NCBI GenBank assembly: GCA_965261395.1
Contig: OZ253462.1
Span: 1,824,001-1,888,000, forward strand
Length of the DNA: 64,000 bases
Direction: 5' to 3'
Source: Candidatus Latescibacterota bacterium
GTDB lineage: Bacteria; Latescibacterota; UBA2968; UBA8231
Shown here: positions 42,482 to 52,060 of the stretch, piece by piece
How the letters are laid out: every line of letters starts with the position of its first letter
Position numbering within the stretch: position 1 is the stretch's first letter
Position numbers and translations under genes: made by a program
Notes under the pieces: model-generated
What the model saw: only the letters and a program-made list of their open reading frames with translations
The model's database searches: none
What the model was told of the DNA's origin: nothing

Positions 42482-43634
42482 CGCGCCATCGCTGTAGCAG
42501 TTCAATTAGCATATCGAGGTCGCTTTGCTGGTGCAGGGCGCTGAGTGCCAAGCGAATCCGCGCCCGGCCCGGCTCGACCGAGGGAGGACGAATGGCCGCG
42601 GCGAGAATGCCGTTTTCTTCTAGATAAGCGTTCAGGGCCAGCGCTTCGCCCTCCGCACCCACCATCAGCGGCACGATCTGCGCGGTTGCCGCGCCCGTGT
42701 CCCAGCCTTGTACCCTGAGCGCACCGCGCAAATACTCGGCGTGGGCGAGTAATGCTTGGCGCTGGGCGTCCATTTGCGGCACCAGCTCTAGCGCCGCATC
42801 CACCGCACCCAAGACGGCTGGCGGCAACGCGGTCGTATAGATGAACCCCGGGCAGCAGTTGACCAAGTACTCCCACAGCTTCTCGCCGCAGGCTATGTAC
42901 GCTCCAAAAGACCCGAGGGCCTTGCCAAACGTGCCGACGCATACGTCCACGGCCTTGCCACATGTCAGCCCCATCCCCCGCTCGCCCAAAACGCCCGTGG
43001 CGTGCGCTTCGTCGATGACCAGCAGCGCGTCGAATTCTCCGGCCAACGCGACGAGCGCGTCGATGTCGCTGACGTCGCCGTCCATGCTAAACACCGATTC
43101 GGTGACAATCACCCGGCGCGAATGTTTCGCCCCTGCGCTTTCCACCAGCAGAGCGCGCAGGTGATCCAAGTCGCCGTGGCGGTAGCGCTGCATTCGACAG
43201 CGCCCCAAGACCGCCCCTTGCACCAAGCTGTTGTGGCAGAGCCGGTCGAGCAGGATGAGGGTGCGCCGGTCGGCCAGCGTCGGCAACAGCGAAATATTGG
43301 CCTGATAGCCAGAATTGAGCACCAGCGCCCGCTCGGCCTGCTTGAGCCCAGCCAAAGCCTGCTCCACTTGCGCAAAGCCCGGCTGCGAGCCACAAACCAA
43401 GCGCGCGGCCGTGGCACCGGTCCCGTAGCGCTCGACGAACTCAATGGCTCGCGCCTGCACAAGTGGGTGCGACGCCAAGCCGAGATAGTCGTTGGAGCTA
43501 AAATTGACCAACTCGCGGCCATTAGCGCGGACTCGCGCGCCGCCGCACGGCTCCCAGGTGCGCAACGACCGCATCTGCCCGGCCTGTTGCCGCCGCGCCA
43601 ATTCAGTGTGAATAAAATCGAATTTCGTCTGCAT
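42468..43634 (-). CDS. bioF: 8-amino-7-oxononanoate synthase
   Basis: NFSSNDYLGL, SGYQAN, ESVFSMDGD, DEAHA, TFGKA and IRPP.V. Confidence 0.95.
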   Translation of the reverse strand: MQTKFDFIHTELARRQQAGQMRSLRTWEPCGGARVRANGRELVNFSSNDYLGLASHPLVQARAIEFVERYGTGATAARLVCGSQPGFAQVEQALAGLKQAERALVLNSGYQANISLLPTLADRRTLILLDRLCHNSLVQGAVLGRCRMQRYRHGDLDHLRALLVESAGAKHSRRVIVTESVFSMDGDVSDIDALVALAGEFDALLVIDEAHATGVLGERGMGLTCGKAVDVCVGTFGKALGSFGAYIACGEKLWEYLVNCCPGFIYTTALPPAVLGAVDAALELVPQMDAQRQALLAHAEYLRGALRVQGWDTGAATAQIVPLMVGAEGEALALNAYLEENGILAAAIRPPSVEPGRARIRLALSALHQQSDLDMLIELLQRWRDGRR

Positions 43635-43641
43635 AAAAGTG

Positions 43642-43670
43642 AAGCTGTGCCAAATGATTCGCCTAGGCAA
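43642..43670 (-). promoter_or_regulatory. Putative promoter of the bioF operon (leaderless geometry)
   Basis: TTGCCT-17 nt-CAGCTT, 7 nt from the ATG, with no SD. Confidence 0.4.
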
Positions 43671-43688
43671 GGTAAGCCGCCTACAGGC

Positions 43689-43717
43689 TTGCCGCGCAAG
43701 GTGCGCCGCTCTATACT
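43689..43717 (+). promoter_or_regulatory. Putative sigma70 promoter of panB
   Basis: TTGCCG-17 nt-TATACT. Confidence 0.65.
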
Positions 43718-43746
43718 ATCGCCTGTAAACTTGCTTCTCCGCGGCC

Positions 43747-44643
43747 ATGGCAACGACGACTAATAAAATCACCGTTTCTTCGCTCCAGTCCAAAAAGGAA
43801 CGGGGCCAGAAGATCTGCATGTTGACGGCCTACGACTACCCCACGGCAGCGCTGCAAGACGAAGCCGGCCTCGACGTGATCTTGGTCGGCGACTCCGTGG
43901 GCACCAACGTCTTGGGCTATCGCGGCCCGCAGCAAGTGACCATGGATGACATCCTCCACCACCTGCGGGCGGTGCGCCGAGCAGTGCGCCGGGCCTTTCT
44001 CCTCGCTGATCTCCCCTTCATGTCCTTTCAGCCCTCGGTCGAGACCGCAGTTAAAAACGCCGGGCGCTTGGTGCAGGAGGGCGGGGCCGAAGGCGTCAAA
44101 TTAGAGGGCGGCCTGCCGGTCTTGCCGCAGCTAACAGCCATCGTTGACGCCGGCATTCCAGTCGTCGGCCATCTCGGGTTTACCCCGCAGTCCCAAGCCC
44201 GCGAATTCTACCTGTTCAGCGACCGGCGTGGCACCGTGCCCAAGTTTCACGGCAAGGGGCCGAAGGGGGCCAAAGCCCTCGTCGAGCAAGCCTTGCGCTT
44301 GGAGGACGCCGGCGTGTTCTCCTTGGTCTTGGAGATGGTCACTGAAGAGGCCGCCCAAGCCGTCGCCGAGCGGCTCAAAATTCCAGTCATTGGCATCGGC
44401 GCTGGCCGCTATTGCGACGGCCAAGTACTGATCGTCCACGACCTCGTCGGCCTCAACGAAGAAGACCTAATCTTGACCAAAGCCTACGGCCAAGCGCGCC
44501 AAGATTGGATCGAAATGTTCAAAACGTACTGCCGAGAAGTCGCCGCAGGCCACTTCCCCACGGCTGAAAACACAGCGCACATGGCCCCCGAAAAACGCGC
44601 TCAACTAGACCAACTGCTCAGCGATAACGGACCGGATCGCTGA
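43747..44643 (+). CDS. panB: 3-methyl-2-oxobutanoate hydroxymethyltransferase
   Basis: MLTAYD, ILVGDS, VKLEGG, GHLG.TPQ and IGIGAG..CDGQVL..HD. Confidence 0.95.
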   Translation: MATTTNKITVSSLQSKKERGQKICMLTAYDYPTAALQDEAGLDVILVGDSVGTNVLGYRGPQQVTMDDILHHLRAVRRAVRRAFLLADLPFMSFQPSVETAVKNAGRLVQEGGAEGVKLEGGLPVLPQLTAIVDAGIPVVGHLGFTPQSQAREFYLFSDRRGTVPKFHGKGPKGAKALVEQALRLEDAGVFSLVLEMVTEEAAQAVAERLKIPVIGIGAGRYCDGQVLIVHDLVGLNEEDLILTKAYGQARQDWIEMFKTYCREVAAGHFPTAENTAHMAPEKRAQLDQLLSDNGPDR

Positions 44644-44665
44644 ACCTTCGAGAGGAAAATTTCTC

Positions 44666-46183
44666 ATGCGCTTACTCTACGCCGCTGCCCTGATTTTGTG
44701 GACGACCGCCCCCGCCCTAGCCCAAGACGCCGACCAAAACTGGATTCAGGCGGCCATCGCCAACTTGGATGCCGCGTTCGGCTCCATCGTCTCGGCGATG
44801 GGCTCCGTCCTCTTCGCCGACCTAGGCACGAAAATTCCCCTCATCATCTGGGTGCTCGTCTTAGGCGGCATCTATTATTCCTTCTACTTCGGCTGGCTTT
44901 CCCTGCGCGGGTTCCGCCACTCCATCGACGTCATCCGCGGTCGCTACGACGATCCCAACGACCCAGGCGAGATCTCCCATTTTCAAGCCCTCACTAGCGC
45001 CCTGTCGGCTACCATCGGCCTCGGTAACATCGCCGGCGTCGCCATTGCCGTTAGCTTGGGCGGGCCGGGTGCGGTCTTCTGGATGCTCCTCACTGCCTTG
45101 TTCGGCATGTCATCCAAGCTGGCCTCCTGCACCTTGGCCATCATGTACCGCAAAATTCACCCCGACGGCCGCATCGCCGGCGGGCCGATGTACTACCTAG
45201 AGCACGGGCTTGCCAGTAAAGGACTCAAGTCGTTGGGTCGCGTCTTCGCCATTCTGTTCGCCATTTTCGCCATCGGCGGCTCCCTCGGCGGCGGCAACAT
45301 GTTCCAAGTCAACCAAACAGTCGAGATCCTCAGCACCGTAGCCCCTGTTGTAGGGGACTACAACTGGGCCTTTGGCCTCCTCTTCGCCTTGTTGGTCTCC
45401 TTGGTCATCATCGGCGGCATCAAGCGGATCGGCAGCGTCACCTCGCGGATCGTGCCCGCCATGTGCCTGCTCTACGTGACCGCCTCCCTCGTCATCATTC
45501 TGTCGCACATCGGCGATGTGCCCGCCATGATCGCGACCATTTTCCGCGAAGCCTTCTCGCCGCAGGCCCTGTACGGCGGCTTTTTGGGCGCCCTAGTCGT
45601 CGGCGTCAAGCGGGCAGCTTTTTCCAATGAGGCCGGCCTCGGCTCCGCGGCTTTTGCTCATGCCGCGGCCCGCACCAACGAGCCGGCGCGCGAAGGCATG
45701 GTCGCGATGATCGGCCCCTTCATAGACACGATCGTCATCTGCTTGATGACCGCTTTGGTCTGCATGATTACCGGGGTGTACACCGATCCTCAGTTCCAAG
45801 CGAGTGGAGACTTTATCGTGGGGGCCAAAATGACCTCCGCGGCCTTTGATTCGTTCCTGCCCGGCGCCCGCTACGTCCTCGCCATTGGCGTCATGCTTTT
45901 TGCCTACTCAACCATGATTTCGTGGTCGTACTACGGGGAGCGGGCGTGGGAATACCTATTTGGCCGTCGCTTCAACATAATCTACCGGGTCATTTTCGTC
46001 GTCTTCGTGGTCTTCGGTTCGGTCGTCACGCTCAAAAACGTGCTCGACTTTACCGATATGCTCATTTTGAGTATGGCCTTTCCCAACATTATCGGCGGCG
46101 TCATACTCAGCCCGCAGATCAAGGCGTGCCTGCAAGAGTACTGGGGCCGGCTGAAAAGCGGCGAGATGAAGCGCTACAAGTAG
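44666..46183 (+). CDS. Alanine/glycine:cation (Na+) symporter, AGCS family
   Basis: SHFQAL..ALSATIGLGNIAGVA, GGPMYY, FSNEAGLGSA and PFIDT.VIC. Confidence 0.93.
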   Translation: MRLLYAAALILWTTAPALAQDADQNWIQAAIANLDAAFGSIVSAMGSVLFADLGTKIPLIIWVLVLGGIYYSFYFGWLSLRGFRHSIDVIRGRYDDPNDPGEISHFQALTSALSATIGLGNIAGVAIAVSLGGPGAVFWMLLTALFGMSSKLASCTLAIMYRKIHPDGRIAGGPMYYLEHGLASKGLKSLGRVFAILFAIFAIGGSLGGGNMFQVNQTVEILSTVAPVVGDYNWAFGLLFALLVSLVIIGGIKRIGSVTSRIVPAMCLLYVTASLVIILSHIGDVPAMIATIFREAFSPQALYGGFLGALVVGVKRAAFSNEAGLGSAAFAHAAARTNEPAREGMVAMIGPFIDTIVICLMTALVCMITGVYTDPQFQASGDFIVGAKMTSAAFDSFLPGARYVLAIGVMLFAYSTMISWSYYGERAWEYLFGRRFNIIYRVIFVVFVVFGSVVTLKNVLDFTDMLILSMAFPNIIGGVILSPQIKACLQEYWGRLKSGEMKRYK

Positions 46184-46190
46184 GGCTGTT

Positions 46191-47963
46191 TCAGGGAGCG
46201 TCTCCACCTTCCAGCCAATCGCGGTCTGCGGCCAAGTAAATTTCCTCGACCTCCAAGTCGGCAAAGGCCGCAGACCAGCGCTGCCACTCCGCCCGTTCCT
46301 CCTGCTCCTGCATCCGCAGCCGCACCACAAAGGCAAAGCGGTTGAGCGCGAACGTCAGCGTGGTGACCTGGCCCCCCCTCAGATCGACCTCCACCTGTTG
46401 GGTCTGCCCTCCATAGCTCAATTCGACCCAGTGCGCGCCGGCGGACAGATTGTGAAAAAGAAGCCCCTGATAGCCGCGCTTGAGCAATTCGAGCGAATAG
46501 CGACCGTCCAAGCGCACCGTGAGATCTTCTGTGATATCGCTGCCGATAGGGGCCATCACCAAGGCCAGCCAAGCGTCTAGATCGTCGAATAGCAACTCGT
46601 CGGCGACGGCGACCTCGACAGCTAGCGGCGACTCTTGTACCGCGGCTACGGGCCTTTGACCCGGCATCCAAGTCGGCGGCGGCAATTGGGGCGTGATGCC
46701 GCTTTTGCGCATCAGCGCATAGACCAAGATGTTGGTCCCCGCCATCAGCGCGTAGGTCGAATTCCCTGTGGTTTCTTCTTCAGTATTGAAGCTAGCCCGC
46801 CAATTCTCCCCCAACATCAAGTCGCTGATCACGGCTACCAGCTCGCCGTCCAGCTCGACTCCCCACAGCCCCTCTGGCGGTGGCAACCCCTCACCCACAG
46901 CGCTGGCGGTCCCGGAGACGGTGGCTGCTTGTGCTTCCTGCACGGCCAAAACATCGTAGCGATTGTTGACTGGATAATACCAAGAGGGATTGTCTCCTGC
47001 GTCCTCAATGCGCGATTTATCCTCTCCGGGAAAGCCGCCGCCGAACTCGTAAAAGGAGTGATATAGCGGATGCGAGGTCGGGATGGGTGCCAAGCGCGCC
47101 TCAGACCCCAAGATCTCGCGCAGTTGGTCCTTCATTTCGCGCAAATAGCGGTTGGTACGGCGGCCGGTACCCTCGATAAACAGGAAGCCGCCCTCGCGCA
47201 GATAGCGGCCCAAAAGCGCCTTCTCCTCCGGGCTGAACTTGGTCAGGACATTCTCGTCGTACGCAGACAAGGAGTCTTCGAAGAGGAAGTGGATGGGGTC
47301 CTTGAGCAGTTGCTCCGACAGGAAATACTCGTAGGTCTTGTCCCGCACTTGCGCCAACAGGTGAGTGTGGTCGCGCAAGTAGCGGCTCAAGGCATCGAGC
47401 GCGCCGCGCCCCGAGCTGGCCCCATAGACGCGCAACTGGGTGAAGTTCACGTAGCCGGACAAGTCGCGGCGAGTCGCCCGACTGACGATGACGGCGGCGG
47501 GGTCCTTGTTGGCTCGGGCCATGTCCTCCAGCCGCAAAAGATCCATGGAGGCGATACCCATGCTATCGGCCAAGCCCAAAGACGAGGGCGAGATCATCTT
47601 TTCGCGCTCCAAAATTGGTGCATCTTCCTTCGCACCGACGGCTATCTCGCGCAACGCCAAGGGGGCCATCGGCACCTCTATTTCGGCCGGGGTCGCCTCG
47701 CTTTCTAGATTGGGGTCGCGGACATCCACAGCCGGCTGGGCGGCCCGCAGATATTCCATCTCCACTTTCAACGCCTCTACGTCCAAGCGGGGCAGGGGAG
47801 TCGGGCGGCGGGGCGTGAACTGCGGCGGGATGCGAGCGAGGCGCACGCGAAAAGTCTCCGCGTCCAGCTCGTCACGCCACAGGTAATCCCCTAGGTAAAG
47901 CGCGGTGAGATGCAGGAGCAGCGACGCCAGCAAACAGACATGGACGGTTCTGTGTCTATGCAC
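46191..47963 (-). CDS. Membrane-anchored DUF4159-like domain protein with a C-terminal PEGA-like segment
   Basis: N-terminal TM (ASLLLH), L..YLR.GGFLF, IP.SHPLYHSFY.F, L.GVELDG.L.AV, GTNILVYA, and a beta-rich C-terminus. Confidence 0.65.
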   Translation of the reverse strand: MHRHRTVHVCLLASLLLHLTALYLGDYLWRDELDAETFRVRLARIPPQFTPRRPTPLPRLDVEALKVEMEYLRAAQPAVDVRDPNLESEATPAEIEVPMAPLALREIAVGAKEDAPILEREKMISPSSLGLADSMGIASMDLLRLEDMARANKDPAAVIVSRATRRDLSGYVNFTQLRVYGASSGRGALDALSRYLRDHTHLLAQVRDKTYEYFLSEQLLKDPIHFLFEDSLSAYDENVLTKFSPEEKALLGRYLREGGFLFIEGTGRRTNRYLREMKDQLREILGSEARLAPIPTSHPLYHSFYEFGGGFPGEDKSRIEDAGDNPSWYYPVNNRYDVLAVQEAQAATVSGTASAVGEGLPPPEGLWGVELDGELVAVISDLMLGENWRASFNTEEETTGNSTYALMAGTNILVYALMRKSGITPQLPPPTWMPGQRPVAAVQESPLAVEVAVADELLFDDLDAWLALVMAPIGSDITEDLTVRLDGRYSLELLKRGYQGLLFHNLSAGAHWVELSYGGQTQQVEVDLRGGQVTTLTFALNRFAFVVRLRMQEQEERAEWQRWSAAFADLEVEEIYLAADRDWLEGGDAP

Positions 47964-48041
47964 CGAGAGCCTCTCTTTCTGCGCCGCCCATCAGCGCGAG
48001 TGGCAAGACCTATATATAAATGATTGTAACAAAACGGTTTT

Positions 48042-48070
48042 TTGCCAAGAAAACACGTGATTATTATCTT
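48042..48070 (+). promoter_or_regulatory. Putative sigma70 promoter of aceEF-lpd
   Basis: TTGCCA-17 nt-TATCTT in an AT-rich intergenic region. Confidence 0.6.
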
Positions 48071-48113
48071 TTTCCACTTATAAAACGGCCTACGCAAAGG
48101 AATTGTTTCAGCC

Positions 48114-50771
48114 ATGAGCAACGCCCAAGAACTACAAGCCGAAATGAGCGAGTGGCTCGAATCCCTCGACTACGTGCTGGCCCATAGGACGCCCGCGCAG
48201 GTAATCAAGCTCCTGCAACAGCTCCAAACCCACGCCGCAGAAGCTGGCGTCGGCACCCCCTTCAGCGTCAATACCCCCTATATCAATACCATTTCCCGCG
48301 ACCAGCAGCCCCCCTATCCGGGCAGCCGCGAGATCGAGCGGCGGATCAAAAGCATCGTGCGCTGGAACGCCATGGCCATGGTCGTGCGCGCCAATCACGA
48401 CTCCAACCTCGGTGGCCATATCTCGACCTATGCATCCTCGGCGACCCTCTATGAGGTCGGCTACAACCACTTTTTCCGCGCGCCCAGCAACGGCCATCCC
48501 GGCGACCAGATATACTTCCAAGGACACGCCTCCCCCGGCATATACGCCCGCGCCTTTCTCGAAGGGCGTCTCAGCGAGCACCAGTTGAAAAACTTCCGCC
48601 GCGAGTTACAAGAAGGCGGTGGCCTCTCCTCCTATCCGCACCCTTGGCTGATGCCGGACTTTTGGCAGTTCCCAACCGTGTCCATGGGTTTGGGGCCAAT
48701 CCTTTCGATCTATCAGGCGCGCTTCAACCGCTACCTCGAAAACCGCGGCCTCAAGCCCGCTGACGACAGCAAGGTGTGGGCCTTCTTGGGCGACGGCGAG
48801 TGCGACGAGCCCGAGAGCTTGGGCGCGCTCACCCTCGCTGCACGCGAACAGCTCAACAATCTCATCTGGGTCGTCAACTGCAACCTACAGCGCCTCGACG
48901 GCCCCGTGCGCGGCAATGGAAAGATAATACAAGAGCTCGAAGCGGTCTTCCGCGGTGCCGGCTGGAACGTCGTCAAGGTGATCTGGGGCGACGACTGGGA
49001 TCCGCTCTTGGAACAGGACGCCGACGGCAGCTTGGCTCAGCGCATGAACGAGGTCGTCGATGGCCAGTATCAGAAGTACTCGGTCTCCGACGGCAGCTAC
49101 ATCCGCCACGACTTCTTCGGCACCGACCCAAAACTAGTCGCGATGGTCGAACAATACTCGGACGAACAACTCCAGAAAATGCGGCGCGGCGGCCACGATC
49201 CAGAAAAGGTCTATGCCGCCTACCAGCAAGCCATCGCCCACCAGAGCGCGCCCACCGTCATCCTCGCCAAGACCATCAAGGGCTATGGCATGGGCGAGGC
49301 CGGCGAGGGCAAAAACATCACCCATCAGCAAAAAAAGCTCAACGAGGACGAGATCCGCCTTTTCCGCACCCGCTTCGGCATCCCCATCTCGGACGACGAG
49401 GTTGCAGAGACGCCTTTCTATCGGCCCCCGGACGACAGCCCGGAAATGCAGTACATCCGCCAGCGGCGAGAAAGCCTCGGCGGTTACGTACCCCAGCGGC
49501 AGGTGATGGCCCCCCCGCTGGTCATGCCGCCGGAAACCCTGTGGGAAGAATTCAAAAAGAGCTCGGGCAAGCGCGAATTTGCCACCACGATGGCCTTTGT
49601 CGCGGTCATGCGCAAACTCATGCAAGACAAGCAAATCGGCAAGTTAGTCGTCCCTATCGTCCCCGACGAATCGCGCACCTTCGGCATGGAGCCACTCTTC
49701 CGCCAGTTCGGAATCTATTCGAGCCTAGGCCAGCTATACGAGCCGGTTGACAAAGACGTCATCACCTACTACAAAGAGGCCAAAGACGGCCAGATACTCG
49801 AAGAGGGCATCACCGAGGCCGGCTCTATGTCCTCCTTTATCGCGGCCGGCTCGGCCTATGCCACCCACGGCATCAACACCATCCCCTTCTTCATCTACTA
49901 CTCGATGTTCGGGATGCAGCGGATCGGCGATTTGGTCTGGCTAGCCGGCGACATGCGGGTCAAGGGCTTCATGGTCGGCGGCACGGCCGGGCGCACCACG
50001 CTCAACGGCGAGGGGCTGCAACACGAGGACGGGCACAGCCATCTGTTGGCCTATCCAGTGCCCAATCTCGAAGCCTACGATCCGGCCTTTGGCTACGAGA
50101 TTGCCGTCATCATCCGCGAGGGCATCCGTCGCATGTACGTCGAGCAGGAAGATGTTTTTTATTATCTGACGGTCGAAAACGACATCTATGCCATGCCGGA
50201 GATGCTCGACGGAGTCGAAGAAGGCATCCTCAAGGGCCTATACAAGTTCAAACCCTCGGCCAAGAAGCGCGCCCCACTCAAGGCCCACCTCTTCGGCAGC
50301 GGCGCGATCATCAACAGCGCCCTCAAAGCGCAGAGCATCCTCGAAGAAAAATACCAAGTCAGCGCGGATGTCTGGAGCATCACCAGCTATAAGGCCCTGC
50401 ACCGCGACGCCCTTGATGCCGAGCGTTGGAACCGCCTGCACCCCGGCGAAAAGCCCCGCCTCAGCTACATCGAACAATGCCTAGCCAAGGAGCGCGGCGT
50501 GTACGTCATGGCCTCGGATTACGTCAAGGCCCTCCCGGAATCTATCGCCCGCTGGTTTCCCAACCCGCCCGTCTCCCTCGGCACCGATGGCTTCGGTCGC
50601 AGCGAGACCCGCGAGGCACTGCGCGACCACTTTGAGGTCGATTATCGCTTCATCGCCCTAGGAGCCTTGAGCGCGCTGGCACGCGAGGGACAGATCGAAA
50701 ACGACGCCGTCGTCCAAGCCATGAAAGACCTAGATATTGATCCGGCAAAACCCAATCCCGTTTACCTGTGA
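48114..50771 (+). CDS. aceE: Pyruvate dehydrogenase E1, homodimeric type
   Basis: GGHIS, FQGHASPG, SSYPHP, TPP motif GDGE.DEPE...N, YYSMFG.QR and EGLQH.DG. Confidence 0.96.
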   Translation: MSNAQELQAEMSEWLESLDYVLAHRTPAQVIKLLQQLQTHAAEAGVGTPFSVNTPYINTISRDQQPPYPGSREIERRIKSIVRWNAMAMVVRANHDSNLGGHISTYASSATLYEVGYNHFFRAPSNGHPGDQIYFQGHASPGIYARAFLEGRLSEHQLKNFRRELQEGGGLSSYPHPWLMPDFWQFPTVSMGLGPILSIYQARFNRYLENRGLKPADDSKVWAFLGDGECDEPESLGALTLAAREQLNNLIWVVNCNLQRLDGPVRGNGKIIQELEAVFRGAGWNVVKVIWGDDWDPLLEQDADGSLAQRMNEVVDGQYQKYSVSDGSYIRHDFFGTDPKLVAMVEQYSDEQLQKMRRGGHDPEKVYAAYQQAIAHQSAPTVILAKTIKGYGMGEAGEGKNITHQQKKLNEDEIRLFRTRFGIPISDDEVAETPFYRPPDDSPEMQYIRQRRESLGGYVPQRQVMAPPLVMPPETLWEEFKKSSGKREFATTMAFVAVMRKLMQDKQIGKLVVPIVPDESRTFGMEPLFRQFGIYSSLGQLYEPVDKDVITYYKEAKDGQILEEGITEAGSMSSFIAAGSAYATHGINTIPFFIYYSMFGMQRIGDLVWLAGDMRVKGFMVGGTAGRTTLNGEGLQHEDGHSHLLAYPVPNLEAYDPAFGYEIAVIIREGIRRMYVEQEDVFYYLTVENDIYAMPEMLDGVEEGILKGLYKFKPSAKKRAPLKAHLFGSGAIINSALKAQSILEEKYQVSADVWSITSYKALHRDALDAERWNRLHPGEKPRLSYIEQCLAKERGVYVMASDYVKALPESIARWFPNPPVSLGTDGFGRSETREALRDHFEVDYRFIALGALSALAREGQIENDAVVQAMKDLDIDPAKPNPVYL

Positions 50772-50785
50772 GCTTAGACCACGCT

Positions 50786-52054
50786 ATGCCCGTACAATTT
50801 GCACTGCCCGACTTGGGAGAAAACATCGAAAGCGGCGATGTGATCCGCATCCTCGTCGATGTCGGCGACCGCCTCGCCGAAGACCAGACCGTCATCGAGC
50901 TTGAAACCGACAAGGCCGTCATTGAGGTGCCCTCCTCCATAGACGGCACCATCACCGAGATTCTCGTCCAACAGGGCGACACCATCGCCGTCGGGCAGCC
51001 CATCCTCGCAGTCGAGACGGCCGCAGCCGCAGCCCCGGTCGCTGAGGAAGCACCCCCAGCGCCTGTACCGGTAGAGGAACCGGCCCCCACCCCGATGCCA
51101 CAAGCGGTCGCCCCGGTTGTCGAAGAAGCCCCTCCCGAACCTACATCTACGGACGATCCCGTCCCAGCAGCGCCATCGACGCGCCGCCTAGCCCGCGAGA
51201 TCGGCGTCGATATTGCGCAGGTCCAAGGCACGGGACCGGGCGGCAGGATCTCCATCGACGACGTCAAGGCGCACTCAAAAAAGTTGCACGCAGCGCGGGC
51301 CACCGGCACGGCCCCAGCCGCGGCCGCTCCACTACCCGACTTCAGCCAGTGGGGCGCTGTCGAGCGTCAGCCCGTGACCAAGGTACGCGAAATCACCGCC
51401 GAGCGTCTCGCGCAGGCTTGGGCCACTATCCCGCAGGTCACCCAGTTTGACAAGGCCGACATGACCAGCTTGGAAAAGTGGCGCGCAGCATACGGCAAAA
51501 AGGCCGAAGCAGCCGGCGGCAAGCTGACGCCAACTGCGATCCTCATCAAGGTGCTCGGCATCGCCCTCAAGGTCTTCCCGCAGTTCAACGCCAGCATCGA
51601 CATGGCCCAGCGGGAAGTCGTGTACAAACACTATTTCCACATCGGCATTGCCGTCGATACCCCTCATGGCCTGTTGGTGCCGGTGGTGCGCGACGTGGAC
51701 CAAAAGAACATCATCGAATTGGCGGTCGAATTGAGCGAATTGGCGCAAAAGACGCGCGAGCGCAAGATCGGGCCGGCCGACATGCAGGGCGGGTCCATGA
51801 CCATCAGCAATGTCGGCACCATGGGCGGCACCGCGTTTACGCCCATCGTCAACCCGCCCGAAGTGGCCATCCTCGGGGTGGCGCGCTCGCAAGTCGAACC
51901 CACATATATCGACGGCCAACTCCAGCCGCGCACCCTCCTGCCCCTGTCGCTGTCCTATGACCACCGCCTGATCGACGGGGCCGATGGCGCGCGCTTCCTC
52001 CGCTGGGTCTGCACGGCATTGGAAGATCCCTTTATCGCGCTCTTGGAAGGCTGA
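50786..52054 (+). CDS. aceF: Dihydrolipoamide acetyltransferase E2
   Basis: Single lipoyl domain ETDKA, E3-binding RRLARE.GVD, and catalytic DHRLIDG. Confidence 0.94.
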   Translation: MPVQFALPDLGENIESGDVIRILVDVGDRLAEDQTVIELETDKAVIEVPSSIDGTITEILVQQGDTIAVGQPILAVETAAAAAPVAEEAPPAPVPVEEPAPTPMPQAVAPVVEEAPPEPTSTDDPVPAAPSTRRLAREIGVDIAQVQGTGPGGRISIDDVKAHSKKLHAARATGTAPAAAAPLPDFSQWGAVERQPVTKVREITAERLAQAWATIPQVTQFDKADMTSLEKWRAAYGKKAEAAGGKLTPTAILIKVLGIALKVFPQFNASIDMAQREVVYKHYFHIGIAVDTPHGLLVPVVRDVDQKNIIELAVELSELAQKTRERKIGPADMQGGSMTISNVGTMGGTAFTPIVNPPEVAILGVARSQVEPTYIDGQLQPRTLLPLSLSYDHRLIDGADGARFLRWVCTALEDPFIALLEG

Positions 52055-52060
52055 GGTCCT

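Noticed and set aside
43720-43750. BirA operator (TGTAAAC half-site)
   Set aside because: No matching GTTTACA/GTTGACA second half at the expected spacing.
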